A DNA stretch of 64,000 nucleotides from an uncultured delta proteobacterium (GTDB taxonomy: Bacteria; Desulfobacterota; Zymogenia; Zymogenales; Zymogenaceae). Numbering within the stretch: position 1 is the stretch's first letter; every line of letters begins with the position of its first letter. The stretch spans positions 1 to 64,000 of the forward strand of contig CAWBYW010000006.1 in NCBI GenBank assembly GCA_963792965.1, given 5' to 3'. Both the position numbers and the translations under genes were made by a program. Of this stretch, positions 33,090 to 43,990 are shown one piece after another. The notes beneath the pieces are model-generated. The model was given only the letters and a program-made list of their open reading frames with translations. It searched no databases and was not told where the DNA came from.

Positions 33090-34186
33090 CCGTCTTCCCC
33101 CTGCGATGAGATATTCAGGAGAACTCCGACGGCCGCCATGCTCGTCAGGAGGGACGACCCGCCGTAGCTGATGAACGGGAGTGTCATCCCCTTCGTGGGG
33201 AGAAGCCCCGTTACCACACCAACGTTGAGGATTACCTCTATCGTAATCAGCGCGGTGATCCCGACGGCCAGATAGGTCCCGAAAAGATCGGGGGCGCCTC
33301 GGGCGATTTTGATCCCCCGGGCGCAGACCAGGACATACGCGAGGATAACCGCCACCGCGACGATAAACCCGAGCTCCTCGCCGATGACGGCGAAGATGAA
33401 GTCGGAATAGGCAAACGGGAGATAAAAGAGCTTCTGGGTCCCCTCCCCGAGCCCGGTCCCCATGATCCCCCCGGAGCCGAAGGCTAAAAACGACTGGATG
33501 ATCTGATAGCCCGAGTTGCCGGGGTCGGTCCACGGATTGAGGAAGGCCATGATCCTCTTGAGCTGATAGGGGGAATGGATGATCGAGATATAGACGAGCG
33601 GCACCGCAGCCACGGCCGTCGCGGCAAGATAGTAAAAGCGCGTCCCGGCCACGAACATCATAATGATGACGATGAGGCCGATCGTGACCGACGTGCCGAA
33701 ATCGGGCTCGAGCATCGTGAGCGCCACCACGATCGACAGCAGTACGATATGCGGGACAAACCCCACGGTAAAGGTCTTTATCTTCTCATATTTCTTCGTG
33801 AGCGAATAGGCCAGATAGATGACAAGGGTGAGCTTGATGAGCTCTCCCGGCTGGAACCTGAAGCCGAAGAAGCTGATCCACCTCCGGGCGCCGTTCACCT
33901 CTTTCCCGATGCCGGGGATGAGCACGAGCACCAAGAGGAAGAGGGTGACGAGGAATATCGGATAGACATAGGTCTTCAGGAGGCGGTAGTCGGTCCTCAT
34001 CATCGCCGCCATGACGCCCAGCCCGAGGAGCCCCCAGAGGAGCTGCCGCTTGAGGAAATAGTACGCGTCTCCCTTGTCGGAGTAGGCCACGATGGAGCTG
34101 GCCGAAAAGACCATCATGACGCCGAATACGACCAGCAACAGCACGGCGATAATGAGCACCTTATCGTATTCGAACTTATTTCCCAT
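33086..34186 (-). CDS. ftsW: peptidoglycan polymerase FtsW
   Basis: VNGARRWI, FQPGELIK, EPDFGT, GYQIIQS and LPFISYGGSS. Confidence 0.95.
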   Translation of the reverse strand: MGNKFEYDKVLIIAVLLLVVFGVMMVFSASSIVAYSDKGDAYYFLKRQLLWGLLGLGVMAAMMRTDYRLLKTYVYPIFLVTLFLLVLVLIPGIGKEVNGARRWISFFGFRFQPGELIKLTLVIYLAYSLTKKYEKIKTFTVGFVPHIVLLSIVVALTMLEPDFGTSVTIGLIVIIMMFVAGTRFYYLAATAVAAVPLVYISIIHSPYQLKRIMAFLNPWTDPGNSGYQIIQSFLAFGSGGIMGTGLGEGTQKLFYLPFAYSDFIFAVIGEELGFIVAVAVILAYVLVCARGIKIARGAPDLFGTYLAVGITALITIEVILNVGVVTGLLPTKGMTLPFISYGGSSLLTSMAAVGVLLNISSQGEDG

Positions 34187-35584
34187 CGCCGAAGTACCTC
34201 TTGGCATGATTGGCGAAGTCGAGTCCCCGTTCCTGGTAGTTCTTATACTGGTCAAAACTCGAGCAGGCCGGGGCCAAAAGCACCACGTCGCCGGGCTCGG
34301 CTCGATCGCCCGCGGCGCGCACGGCCGCCTCCATCGTGCCGGCCACGACGGCCACGACCACGTCGGAAAGCTCCCGCTGGATGATCGGCGCCGCCTCTCC
34401 GATGAGGTAGATACCCTTTGCGCGTCCGGCCAGTGCTTCCCTCAGCGGCTCATAGGAGCCACCCTTGTCGACCCCACCCATGATGACGTGGAGGTTTCCG
34501 TCGAAGCTCTCGATCGATTTGAGGGCTGCCCCCACGTTGGTCGCCTTGGAGTCGTCAAAAAACCGCACGCCCGTGCGTGTCGTCAAGACGTGCTGGAGAC
34601 GGTGTGCGTGCGGGATAAAATCCCGGATGGCGCGAGCCGCGCCCTCCCCCCGCACCCCACGGCGGCGGCCGCCGCCAGCGCAGCCATGATATTCTCGATA
34701 TTATGGACGCCCGTCAGTCTCGAGCCGGCCACGTCATAGCTCTCGCTCCTGCCCTCAATGAGCGAGACGATCTCTTTTCCATTGAAAGAGACCCCGCCGT
34801 GTTCCACCTGCCTTCTGGAAAAGAAGATCTTCCGCGCCAGGATTCCCTTTGTCCGTCCGACGACCAGCTCATCGTCACGATTGAGGACCGCGCTGTCGTC
34901 CCTTGTCTGGTTGACGAAGATCGCGAGCTTTGCCGCGATATACTCCTCATAGCTTCGGTATCGGTCCAGGTGATCCGGTGTGATGTTCAAGAGCACCGAA
35001 ACGCGCGGCCTGAACGTCTCGACGGCTTCGAGCTGAAAACTCGATATCTCGGCAACGACATAGTCCACGGGCCGCGCGGTCCCTCCCACCGCATCCCCGT
35101 TATTCACGAAATCGATCAGCGGCGTTCCGATATTCCCTCCCACGAGGACGTTTTTTCCGCACGCCGTGAGGATATCGCCCAAGAGCGCCGTCGTGGTGGT
35201 CTTCCCGTTGGTGCCGGTCACCGCTACGATCGGCGCCGCGATGAAGCGTGACGCAAGCTCGAGCTCCCCGATAATCCTCACCCCCCGATCGCGGGCCGCC
35301 ACGAGCGGCTCGATAAAGAGAGCCACGCCCGGACTCACCACGATGAGGTCCGAGCCGAGAAACGTCTCGTTCTTATGGATCCCGAGCTCCAACGCGACGC
35401 CGAGATCGCTCAATTGCCTAATGTCGGCCTTTCTGTCGGCGAGTGTCGCCATATCGGTGAGGGTTACGTGCGCCCCACGGGCGGCCAAAAAGCGCGCCGT
35501 TGACAGCCCCGTCCTGGCGCCCCCCACGACGAGAACCCGCGCCCCGGAAAGGATCATCTTTTCCGCGTCCGTATCACGAGCCAT
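34176..35584 (-). CDS. murD: UDP-MurNAc-L-Ala--D-glutamate ligase (frameshift near 34650)
   Basis: VTGTNGKTTTT, EISSFQLE, DDSKATNV and LLAPACSSFDQ. Confidence 0.95.
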
Positions 35585-35588
35585 GCCG

Positions 35589-35951
35589 TCAGACCGCCTC
35601 GATTTCCGTGAGCATCGCGTTATACCGTTCGCTGGTAAGCCTTAACATTACGATCTCGACCCGATAGACCTCGCCCGCTGCGATCCTCGTCGTTTCCCTG
35701 ACGCACCCGACCACGACGAACCCGTCGCGATCCTCAACGCTTGTCCGCCGTGAGGGGTGAAGATCGACCCGCACGAGCGTTCCCTCGGCGAAGTCACGGT
35801 TGGTCTTCAAGACCACCGTCCCATCCGAGGCCTCGATAACGGCGGCCGAGACAAGCGAGTCTCCGAAGCTGGATAAATCAAATTCTTCCAGAAAAACCCG
35901 ATACCCCAACAGACCCATCGCCTTTTCTCTCTGATAGTAGTGATGCGCCAT
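35589..35951 (-). CDS. hypothetical small beta-rich protein (possibly PilZ-like) inside the dcw cluster
   Basis: 120-aa ORF packed between mraY and murD in the same orientation. Confidence 0.55.
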   Translation of the reverse strand: MAHHYYQREKAMGLLGYRVFLEEFDLSSFGDSLVSAAVIEASDGTVVLKTNRDFAEGTLVRVDLHPSRRTSVEDRDGFVVVGCVRETTRIAAGEVYRVEIVMLRLTSERYNAMLTEIEAV

Positions 35952-35963
35952 GAATATGCCTCC

Positions 35964-37040
35964 TTACCGAATTTTTAGGGTGCTCAAGGCCAAGAGCGCT
36001 AATATGATCGAAATAATCCAGAATCGCACAATGATCTTCGGCTCCGGCCAGCCCAGGAGCTCGAAGTGGTGATGAATGGGAGCCATCTTAAAGATCCGCC
36101 GCTTCTTCCATTTGAAAAACCCGACCTGGAAGATGACCGACAGTGTCTCCACGACGAAGAGGCCGCCTACAATGACCAGGAGGAGCTCATGCTTGGTGGC
36201 CACCGCCACCGTCCCGATCCCACCGCCGAGGGAGAGCGCCCCCACATCTCCCATGAAGATCTCGGCGGGATATGAGTTGTACCACAAAAATCCCATGACC
36301 GCGCCGATCATCGCCCCGCAGAAGACCGCCAGCTCTCCCGTCCCGGGGAGATAGGTGATCAGGAGGTAGTTTGCGATCTTCACGTTACCGGTGCAGTAGG
36401 CAAAGACAAGATACGTGATCGCCACCACCGCTACCGGCCCGGCAGCCAGACCGTCCAGCCCGTCGGTTAGGTTGACGGCGTTGGCCGCACCGACGATGAT
36501 GAATATCGCAAACGGGATGTAAAGCCAGCTCAGATGGGGATGGAGGCTCTTGAGAAACGGGACCGAGAGCTCCGTGTTGTAATTCGGGGCAAGATAGAGC
36601 ATCACCCCCACGACAATGCCGACTATCAGCTCCCAGAAGAACTTGTAGCGCCCCGGGAGCCCCTTGGAATCCTTCAGAATCTGTTTTCGCCAGTCATCGA
36701 CGAAACCGATGACCGCAAACGAGATCGTAACGAGAAGCACCAGGATGATGTAGAAGTCGGCGACGTCGGCCCATAACACCGTCGAAAGAGTCATCGCGCC
36801 CACGATCAATACGCCGCCCATCGTCGGAGTGCCGGCCTTCTTGAGGTGGGTGCTTGGTCCGTCGCTGCGGATCGGCTGGCCCACTTGGAGCTCCTTGAGC
36901 TTTCGAATCATCCACGGGCCGAAGACCAGGCAGATGACGAGCGCCGTAAGCGACGCGTAGATCGCCCGAAAAGTGATGTAGCGAAACACGTTCAGATATG
37001 AGTAATAGTTCGAGAGCCACAGCGTCAGGTGATAGATCAT
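35964..37040 (-). CDS. mraY: phospho-N-acetylmuramoyl-pentapeptide transferase
   Basis: [27 protein letters not shown] and MAPIHHHFE. Confidence 0.97.
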   Translation of the reverse strand: MIYHLTLWLSNYYSYLNVFRYITFRAIYASLTALVICLVFGPWMIRKLKELQVGQPIRSDGPSTHLKKAGTPTMGGVLIVGAMTLSTVLWADVADFYIILVLLVTISFAVIGFVDDWRKQILKDSKGLPGRYKFFWELIVGIVVGVMLYLAPNYNTELSVPFLKSLHPHLSWLYIPFAIFIIVGAANAVNLTDGLDGLAAGPVAVVAITYLVFAYCTGNVKIANYLLITYLPGTGELAVFCGAMIGAVMGFLWYNSYPAEIFMGDVGALSLGGGIGTVAVATKHELLLVIVGGLFVVETLSVIFQVGFFKWKKRRIFKMAPIHHHFELLGWPEPKIIVRFWIISIILALLALSTLKIR

Positions 37041-37052
37041 GCCTTTTCCTTT

Positions 37053-38462
37053 CTATTGGAGCATCGCCTCCGCAATCCGCTCCATCTTCATTCCCCGGGA
37101 ACCCTTGACGAGGATCACGTCCCCCGGCCGAACGATTGCCCTCAGGTCGCTGATGAGCCGGTCGTGCGCCCCGACGGGATAGGTGAAGATCGTCTTTTCA
37201 TTCTGTCCGGACGCCAGCGCACCCCGGCGCACATCGCTCGCATGGTCGCCCAGGACAAAAAGGTAGCGTACGTGCGCGGACGCGGCGGCCTCCCCCACCT
37301 GGGCATGGCCGGTCCGGGAAAAGTCGCCGAGCTCGAGCATTTCCCCGAGGACGGCAATAGACCTGCCCCCATGATTGTTGCTTTCGCGCGCGAGAAACTC
37401 GATGGCCGCTTTTGTCGACACGGGGTTGGCGTTGTAGCTGTCGTTGAGCACACGGGTCCCCGCCGGGCCCTCCTTTATCTCCATTCGCATCTTCACGGCC
37501 GCGGCAGACTCGATCCCCTCCCGGATCCCCGCGGGGCTCACCCCGAGGGCCGCGCCGACGGCGGCTGCCGCCAGGGCGTTCTTCAGGTTGTGAACGCCGG
37601 GGATTTTCAGGTGCGCCCCGGTCGTTTCCGACGGCAGCACGATCGACATGCGCGTGCCGTCCGCACCGAGGTCTTCTATGTCGGTTGCCCGCACGTCCGA
37701 CTTCTCATCCAGCCCGAAGGTGAGCTTTCGTGTCCGCGTCAGGGAGCCGAGTCTCTGCGTATACTCGGCGTCGCCCTCAAACACCGCCACCCCGTCGGGA
37801 GGGAGCAGTGCCAGCAGCCTTCCTTTCTCGCGGATGACCCCATCTAAGCTTCCCACGCCTTCGAGGTGGACGGGCCCGATGTTCGTCACCACGCCGATGT
37901 CGGGACACGCGATCCGGGCAAGCCTCTCGATCTCGCCGGGCACATTCATTCCCATCTCAAGGATGATCACCTCCCGATCTTCCGGCACCGAAAGCAGCAT
38001 CATCGGAAGCCCCACCAGGTTATTGAGGTTACCTTCGGTCTTGGCCGTCCGGTATCGCGTCCGAATGATGGCATAGGCGATCTCCTTGGTCGTCGTCTTG
38101 CCGTTGGAGCCGGTGATCCCCACGACACGCGCCCGGAGCCTCGCCCGGTGAGAACGGGCAAGTTCCCCGAGGGCAAAGAGCGTGTCGGGCACCTTCAGGA
38201 CCGCGACATCCCCGGGCACCCGAATCGGTCTTTTCTCCTGAACGATGACGCCCCCGGCGCCCCGGGCCAGAGCCGCGGCGATAAACTCGTGGCCGTCGAA
38301 CGTGTCGCCGCTCAAGGCCACGAAAAGCTCATCTCGGCCGACGGTTCGGGAATCAGTCGAGACTCCCCGGAAGGTGAGGTCCGGCGCCCCCCCCGACGCC
38401 TTCACGCCGAGAGCCTTCTCGCAGTCCGTAAGTCTTAGTTCTACGCGGGCCGAATCAACCAT
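37053..38462 (-). CDS. murF: UDP-MurNAc-tripeptide--D-Ala-D-Ala ligase
   Basis: ITGSNGKTTTKE, NDSYNANP, LGEMLELG and KGSRGMKME. Confidence 0.95.
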   Translation of the reverse strand: MVDSARVELRLTDCEKALGVKASGGAPDLTFRGVSTDSRTVGRDELFVALSGDTFDGHEFIAAALARGAGGVIVQEKRPIRVPGDVAVLKVPDTLFALGELARSHRARLRARVVGITGSNGKTTTKEIAYAIIRTRYRTAKTEGNLNNLVGLPMMLLSVPEDREVIILEMGMNVPGEIERLARIACPDIGVVTNIGPVHLEGVGSLDGVIREKGRLLALLPPDGVAVFEGDAEYTQRLGSLTRTRKLTFGLDEKSDVRATDIEDLGADGTRMSIVLPSETTGAHLKIPGVHNLKNALAAAAVGAALGVSPAGIREGIESAAAVKMRMEIKEGPAGTRVLNDSYNANPVSTKAAIEFLARESNNHGGRSIAVLGEMLELGDFSRTGHAQVGEAAASAHVRYLFVLGDHASDVRRGALASGQNEKTIFTYPVGAHDRLISDLRAIVRPGDVILVKGSRGMKMERIAEAMLQ

Positions 38463-39972
38463 CGTGTTTTCTTTCTTCCAGGGCGTTTTTCGCCTCGATT
38501 CGGTCATCAAAGGGGTACTTGGTCGTCCCGATGATCTGATAGTCCTCGTGCCCCTTGCCGGCGATCAGGACGATGTCACCCTTCTGCGCCTTCGATACGG
38601 CAAAGCGGATAGCCGCCCTCCTGTCCGGTATTACCGAGTAGACCTTCGAGCCTCCCCCCCACTGAGGGCTGTCGGGCTCGACGCGCCTCGATTCGGTGCC
38701 CTCCAGCCCCCCGAGGATATCCTCGATGATCTTTTGTGGGTCCTCGGTCCGCGGGTTGTCGGAGGTGACGATGACCTTGTGGCTCAGATCGGCCGCCGCC
38801 TTCGCCATGAGCGGCCGCTTTTTCTTGTCCCGGTCTCCGCCGCACCCGAATACGGTGATGACGCGGTTCTTCGCCAGCTGTGCGAGGGTCGACAGGACGT
38901 TCTTAAGTGCGTCGTCGGTGTGGGCGTAGTCGATCAGCACCGTGAAACCGTCGGGCCCCTCGACCGGCTCGAGTCTGCCGGGGACGACGACCTTCCGATT
39001 TATGCCGGCGGCCGCCGTATCGAGGTCGATCCCCATCCCGAGGGCCCCGCCGAGGGCGGCGAGGAGGTTATAGATATTGTGCCGCCCCAGCAGATTTGAT
39101 GAAAACTCGAATTTTCCGAAGGGCGTCACCCCTGTGCCCCGCACTCCCCCGGTATCGGCCGTAAACGAGGTCGCCCGGATGTCGCCACCGTCGCCGAGCG
39201 AATAGGTAAGCACGTCCCCCTTCACCACATTCAGCAGCTTTTCCCCCCAGGGGTCGTCGGCGTTGATGACACAGGTCGTCCTCTTCTTCCGGCCGATCAA
39301 CTCGGTAAAAAAGCGGCTCTTGCTGGCAAAATAATTCTCCATCGTCCCGTGATAGTCGAGGTGGTCCTGCGTCAGGTTCGTGAAGAGCGCCGCGTCAAAC
39401 ATGCAGGAGTCGACGCGCCCCAGATCGAGCGCGTGGGACGATACCTCCATCGCCGCATGGGTCACTCCCGAGCCGACCATTTCGGACAGGAGCCGCACGA
39501 GGTCCAGTGATTCCGGGGTCGTGTGGGGGGGAGCGACCGTCTTTCCCGCGTACCGGTAGTTAATCGTCCCGATGATCCCGGAGGTATTTCCGGCCTCTCG
39601 AAAGATCTCCTCCATGATGTAGCAGATCGTGGTCTTGCCGTTGGTGCCGGTCACACCCATGAGCCTGAGCTTCATCGAAGGGGAGCCGAAGAATGTGTCG
39701 GCAAGCATTGAGAGGGCCGCCCGGGAGTCTTTCACCCTCACGACCGCGGCCCTCGAGAGGGGCGTCTCGTCCTGTACCACGACGGCCGCCGCACCCCGGG
39801 AAAGCGCCTGCCCCACGAATCGGTGGCCATCGGTAACCAGCCCCTTTACCGCAACGAAGAGGGAGTCCGGCGTCACCTCGCGCGAATCATAGAATATATC
39901 GGCGATATCCACGCCCAGGTCTCCGCCGGCGGCGATCACGGGGATATCGGCTATGAGTTCTTTCAGTATCAT
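38455..39972 (-). CDS. murE: UDP-MurNAc-dipeptide--meso-DAP ligase
   Basis: VTGTNGKTT, MEVSSHAL, DYAHTDDAL, DNPR (DAP-type) and AGKGHE. Confidence 0.95.
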   Translation of the reverse strand: MILKELIADIPVIAAGGDLGVDIADIFYDSREVTPDSLFVAVKGLVTDGHRFVGQALSRGAAAVVVQDETPLSRAAVVRVKDSRAALSMLADTFFGSPSMKLRLMGVTGTNGKTTICYIMEEIFREAGNTSGIIGTINYRYAGKTVAPPHTTPESLDLVRLLSEMVGSGVTHAAMEVSSHALDLGRVDSCMFDAALFTNLTQDHLDYHGTMENYFASKSRFFTELIGRKKRTTCVINADDPWGEKLLNVVKGDVLTYSLGDGGDIRATSFTADTGGVRGTGVTPFGKFEFSSNLLGRHNIYNLLAALGGALGMGIDLDTAAAGINRKVVVPGRLEPVEGPDGFTVLIDYAHTDDALKNVLSTLAQLAKNRVITVFGCGGDRDKKKRPLMAKAAADLSHKVIVTSDNPRTEDPQKIIEDILGGLEGTESRRVEPDSPQWGGGSKVYSVIPDRRAAIRFAVSKAQKGDIVLIAGKGHEDYQIIGTTKYPFDDRIEAKNALEERKHDG

Positions 39973-39974
39973 CG

Positions 39975-41768
39975 CTACATCATCGGCGAAAAGCGCACGA
40001 CGTCCCGCCCGGTGCCGATCTTTGTCGTCGTACGGTAATACCGTTTCTCCGGGAAGAGCCCGAAGCGCTCCATAAGTCCCTCCGCGATCTTCTTGAAGAC
40101 CGGCGCCGCCACGTCGCCCCCGTAGATGCTCGTGTGAGGGTTCTCCAACACCACCAGTATCAACAGCCGCGGGCTTTCGGCGGGGAGAAAGCCCACGAAG
40201 GACGCCGTATAGTCCGTTTCCGAGTAGGTCTTCGTCGCGGGATCGAAGACCTCGGCGGTTCCGGTCTTGCCCGCCACGCGGTAGCCGTCGATCTGGGCGT
40301 GGATCCCCGTCCCCGAATCCACGACCCCCGTCATCATCTCCGTGACGATCCGTGCCGTCTCGGGCTTGATCACCCGCCGCTCGATTTTCGGCGAGGCCTC
40401 GGAGACGACCTTTCCGTCCTCATCCACGATTTTCTTGACCAGGTGGGGCTCCATCAGGAGTCCCCCGTTGGCGATACTGGCCGTGGCCATGATCAGCTGT
40501 ATCGGGGTCACCGAAAACCCCTGGCCGAAGGCCATCGAGGCCAGGTCGACGTCAGTCACCGTGCTGGGCGACTGAATCGACCCCTCTTCTTCACCCGGGA
40601 GTGCGATGCCGGTGGGCTTTCCGAAGCCGAACGCCGAGAGGTAGGTATAAAGTCGATCCTTTCCTAAGAGCATCCCAAGCTTGATCGCCCCGATGTTGCT
40701 CGAATATCGAATAATATCATAAAAAGGGAGAATTGCAAAGTCTCCACCGTGGTCATGGAAGACCGCGTCGTTGAGCCGGTACGTGCCTCCCTCGCAGTTA
40801 AAGGGGTCGCTGCTTTTTGCCAACCCCTCCTCGAGGACCCCCGCGGCCACGAAGATCTTGAACGTCGAGCCCGGCTCGAAATTCAGTGAGATCGCCTTAT
40901 CGTTCCAGCTCTCCTTTTTGTAATCGAGGAACTTATTTGGATCGTAGTCCGGCCGGCTCGCCATCGCGATGATTTCGCCGGAGTTCGGATCCATCGCAAT
41001 GACACATCCACCGTCGGCCTTGTAGTCACGTATGGCCGCGTCGAGCTCCCGCTCAACGATATACTGAGCCATGATGTCGATGGTCAGGATCACATCGTAG
41101 TTCTTGAGCGCCTCCGCCTCAGTCGGATCGACAGAAAATAGGCTGTTCCCCTTCGCGTCCCTGACGGCGATGAAATGGCTGACGCTGCTTTTCAGATACT
41201 GATCAAGCTCATACTCGATGCCCCCCAGCCCTTGGGAGTCGGTCCCCACGAACCCGATGACGTGACACCCGAGCGTACGGTGGGGAAAGAAGCGCTTATC
41301 TTCATTGACAAATCCTATCCCCTCGAGTTTCAGGTCTTCTACGATTTTTGCCGTCCTCGGGGGCACCGTCCGCTTGATCCAGACGAAGTTCTTGTCCGAG
41401 GAGAGCCGCCTGAAGATCTCGGATCGGTCCATCGAGAGGATCGCGGCCAGCACGGCGGCCGTTTTCGCCGGATCGGTAACCTTATAGGGGCACGCGTAGA
41501 TCGAGTCCATCTCGAGGCTTACCGCTAAGTCCTTTCCGGTGACATCGTAGATGTTGCCCCGTTTTGTCGTGTAGGTGGAGATCACCCGGTGCTGCTTCTC
41601 AGCGTAAGAATAGAGCTCATCCCGGTTGATGAGCATGAGCTTGGTGACGCGGATCATCAAGGCGGCAAAGAGGATAAGAACGATGACAAAGACTATCCGT
41701 ATACGGAGGTGAAGCCATACGCGGGCCTCTTTTTTCTGTCGTTCCTTTATCGAAAGGTGTTTGAACAA
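39975..41768 (-). CDS. ftsI: penicillin-binding protein FtsI (PBP3)
   Basis: RGNIYD, EPGSTFK (SxxK), SSN and KTGTA. Confidence 0.93.
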   Translation of the reverse strand: MFKHLSIKERQKKEARVWLHLRIRIVFVIVLILFAALMIRVTKLMLINRDELYSYAEKQHRVISTYTTKRGNIYDVTGKDLAVSLEMDSIYACPYKVTDPAKTAAVLAAILSMDRSEIFRRLSSDKNFVWIKRTVPPRTAKIVEDLKLEGIGFVNEDKRFFPHRTLGCHVIGFVGTDSQGLGGIEYELDQYLKSSVSHFIAVRDAKGNSLFSVDPTEAEALKNYDVILTIDIMAQYIVERELDAAIRDYKADGGCVIAMDPNSGEIIAMASRPDYDPNKFLDYKKESWNDKAISLNFEPGSTFKIFVAAGVLEEGLAKSSDPFNCEGGTYRLNDAVFHDHGGDFAILPFYDIIRYSSNIGAIKLGMLLGKDRLYTYLSAFGFGKPTGIALPGEEEGSIQSPSTVTDVDLASMAFGQGFSVTPIQLIMATASIANGGLLMEPHLVKKIVDEDGKVVSEASPKIERRVIKPETARIVTEMMTGVVDSGTGIHAQIDGYRVAGKTGTAEVFDPATKTYSETDYTASFVGFLPAESPRLLILVVLENPHTSIYGGDVAAPVFKKIAEGLMERFGLFPEKRYYRTTTKIGTGRDVVRFSPMM

Positions 41769-41775
41769 CCCTCCC

Positions 41776-42114
41776 TCACCGTATCGGGATGACAGACGAG
41801 CTATCAGGATATATCAGGCCGAACTTTTCTCTTCCCATCCTCTCAAGGTTTTCCGGAGACGTCACGGTGTCGAGCTGTATGGTGAGCTCCCGGTTTTCCC
41901 GCGCCAGCACCTGTTGTTGCTCCGTAAGGTTTGCGATCTCGTAGTTAAGCGTGACGACCGATACACGCGTCCAGAGATAGAGAAAGAGCGAGAAGGCCAC
42001 AAGGGCAGCGGCCAAGAAGTACGGGACGATCAGCCTGATGAGCTCGATCCTCTTGACCCGATTGACCTCGGCGACCCTGACGGCCTCGCCGTATAAGATC
42101 GCGTTATCCATCAT
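41776..42114 (-). CDS. ftsL: cell division protein FtsL
   Basis: Single TM helix plus coiled coil, located between rsmH and ftsI. Confidence 0.8.
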   Translation of the reverse strand: MMDNAILYGEAVRVAEVNRVKRIELIRLIVPYFLAAALVAFSLFLYLWTRVSVVTLNYEIANLTEQQQVLARENRELTIQLDTVTSPENLERMGREKFGLIYPDSSSVIPIR

Positions 42115-43022
42115 GCGTCCTCTGTGCGGCCCTGAGCTTGGCGCTGCGCGCCCGCGGGTTTCGCCCAGACCTCGTCGCGGCCGGGGATACCGGCTTCTTT
42201 GTCAGGATCGTCAACGGTGGCGGTCCGCCCTGATCTCCCTTTTGAGCGAGCGCCCGAAACTGTAACTTGACGATGCGGTCCTCCAGCGAGTGGAACGAGA
42301 TGATGACGATTGGCCCGCCCGGCCTGAGAAACCGGACGGAGGAGGCGATGAAACGCTCGAGGTTACCCAGCTCGTCGTTAACATAGATCCTCAGCGCCAT
42401 AAAGGTCCGGGTGGCCGGATGGATGCGCCACCTCCCCTTCGGCCCGATCGCCCGGGCGATGACGGACGCGAGCTCCTTAGCGTCATCTATCTTTCCTTTC
42501 TGGCGCGCCCGCACGATGGCCCGCGCCGCCGCGTGCGCCCTTCGCTCCTCGCCGAGCTCGCCGATGATTCGGGCGAGCTCCTTTTCGTCGGCCCGGTTGA
42601 TGATCTCGCCGGCCGATTTCCCCCGATCCGGGTCAAACCGCATATCGAGCGGCCCCCCTTTTTCGATGCGAAAATCCCCGGTCGGCCGACCCGAGCTGAT
42701 GGGAGCCGAGTCCCAGGTCGAGCAGGATTCCATCCAGCTTTTCAAGGCCTGCCCGGCCGAGTATATCCTCTATCTCCGTGTAGTTTTCATGATAGATCTT
42801 CGCGCGGTCCCCGAAGGGGGCGCAGAGCCTACGCGCCGCCTCTACCGCACCTTCATCGAGATCGACCCCAACCACGATTCCGCCGGGGGACGACGCCTCG
42901 AGGATCGCCTCGGCGTGCCCGCCCATCCCCACCGTGCCGTCGAAATAGGCGCCGCCGTCTCTCGGCCCGAGGTACTCGAGGACCTCCCTCACCATGACCG
43001 GCCGATGGGTCGCCTCATCCAT
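42104..43022 (-). CDS. rsmH: 16S rRNA m4C1402 methyltransferase (frameshift near 42670)
   Basis: HRPVMVREV, DGTVGMGGH, PLDMR, HPATRTFMALRI, SFHSLEDR and NPRARSAKLR. Confidence 0.95.
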
Positions 43023-43030
43023 CGGCGGCT

Positions 43031-43462
43031 CTAAATGCCAAGGGTCTGGGCGATATCGCCGAAGGTATCGGAGGTCTTCTTCATCCCTTCCTCCCAGGTA
43101 TCCTTGGCCCATATCTCGATCCTGGTGATCATCCCGGCGAAGACGACGTCTTTGACGAGACCCGCGTGGTTCCTCAGGTACTGGGGGATGAGTATCCTCC
43201 CCTGCTTGTCGACGGGGCACTCCGCGGCAGAGGAGATGAGGAACCGCTGCGTGGCCACGACGTTCTTGTTCATCTGCGGGAGCTCCGCGATCTTCTTTTC
43301 CATCTTGGCCCACTCCTCTTCAGGATAGGCCACCAGGCACCCGTCCCACCGGGAGATGATCAGGGTTTCGGTATAGTTGTCCCGGAGCACCTCCCGGAAT
43401 CGGGAGGGGATGCTGATCCGACCTTTCTGATCGATCACATGTTCGAAGTTACCACGAAACAT
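43031..43462 (-). CDS. mraZ: transcriptional regulator MraZ
   Basis: MFRGNFEHVIDQKGRISIP and DKQGRILIP. Confidence 0.95.
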   Translation of the reverse strand: MFRGNFEHVIDQKGRISIPSRFREVLRDNYTETLIISRWDGCLVAYPEEEWAKMEKKIAELPQMNKNVVATQRFLISSAAECPVDKQGRILIPQYLRNHAGLVKDVVFAGMITRIEIWAKDTWEEGMKKTSDTFGDIAQTLGI

Positions 43463-43571
43463 CGCCCTGCCACTGCTCCTCTGAACGTGTCGTGATCGGT
43501 TACCTCGCCCTCCGCCGGCCGCCTTCACTTACCCGTCGGTGCCCTTCCTCGTCCCCTTTCCCTGCCTCTCA

Positions 43572-43666
43572 TTCCCATCGGACACCGTATTTTCCCGCTC
43601 TCCTCCCCTTTATCCCACTTTATACCACTTTTACCAAAATATAGACCGATTTTCCTCCACTGTCAA
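43572..43666 (-). promoter_or_regulatory. dcw promoter with 10-bp-periodic MraZ-box-like repeats
   Basis: Minus strand TTGACA(43666)-17 bp-TATATT, followed by GTGG/GGG units every 10 bp (AAGTGGTATA AAGTGGGATA AAGGGGAGGA GAGCGGGAAA). Confidence 0.75.
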
Positions 43667-43870
43667 GCAAAATATACATTTTCATTAGATATTCCTTAGA
43701 TTCTGGGACGTAAACTCCGTCCTACGGGCGCGCAACCGCGCTTTCGTCTTCTCTTTTTTCGCACCCCGGCAGAGCCGATGAGACGAAACGACCGACGTGC
43801 CGTTGCCGACGCCCCAGGCCTCACGAAGCTTCGCGAGCCGGGACTCGGCCCGGCCCTAAAACCCGTCCGC

Positions 43871-43892
43871 GGCCCTCCCGGCCGGGAGGGCC
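43871..43892. repeat. perfect 22-bp GC palindrome
   Basis: GGCCCTCCCGGCCGGGAGGGCC in the mraZ/aspS divergent spacer. Confidence 0.6.
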
Positions 43893-43927
43893 GGCGGCGG
43901 CTTGAGGGGCGCCTCCCTACATTTCCA

Positions 43928-43956
43928 TTGACAATGCGGGGGATGTCTGTTAGATT
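43928..43956 (+). promoter_or_regulatory. sigma70-type promoter for aspS
   Basis: TTGACA-17 bp-TAGATT. Confidence 0.6.
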
Positions 43957-43990
43957 TAATAACTTTGGAATCTTACTGAGAATCTCGATT

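Noticed and set aside
26484-43022. Programmed frameshifting or pseudogenisation of dcw genes
   Set aside because: Indels are scattered across unrelated essential genes with no consistent slippery sites, so sequencing error is the simpler explanation.
43700-43920. tRNA, ncRNA or T-box in the mraZ-aspS spacer
   Set aside because: Only GC hairpins are present, with no cloverleaf or T-box motif, and the aspS promoter lies downstream of this stretch.
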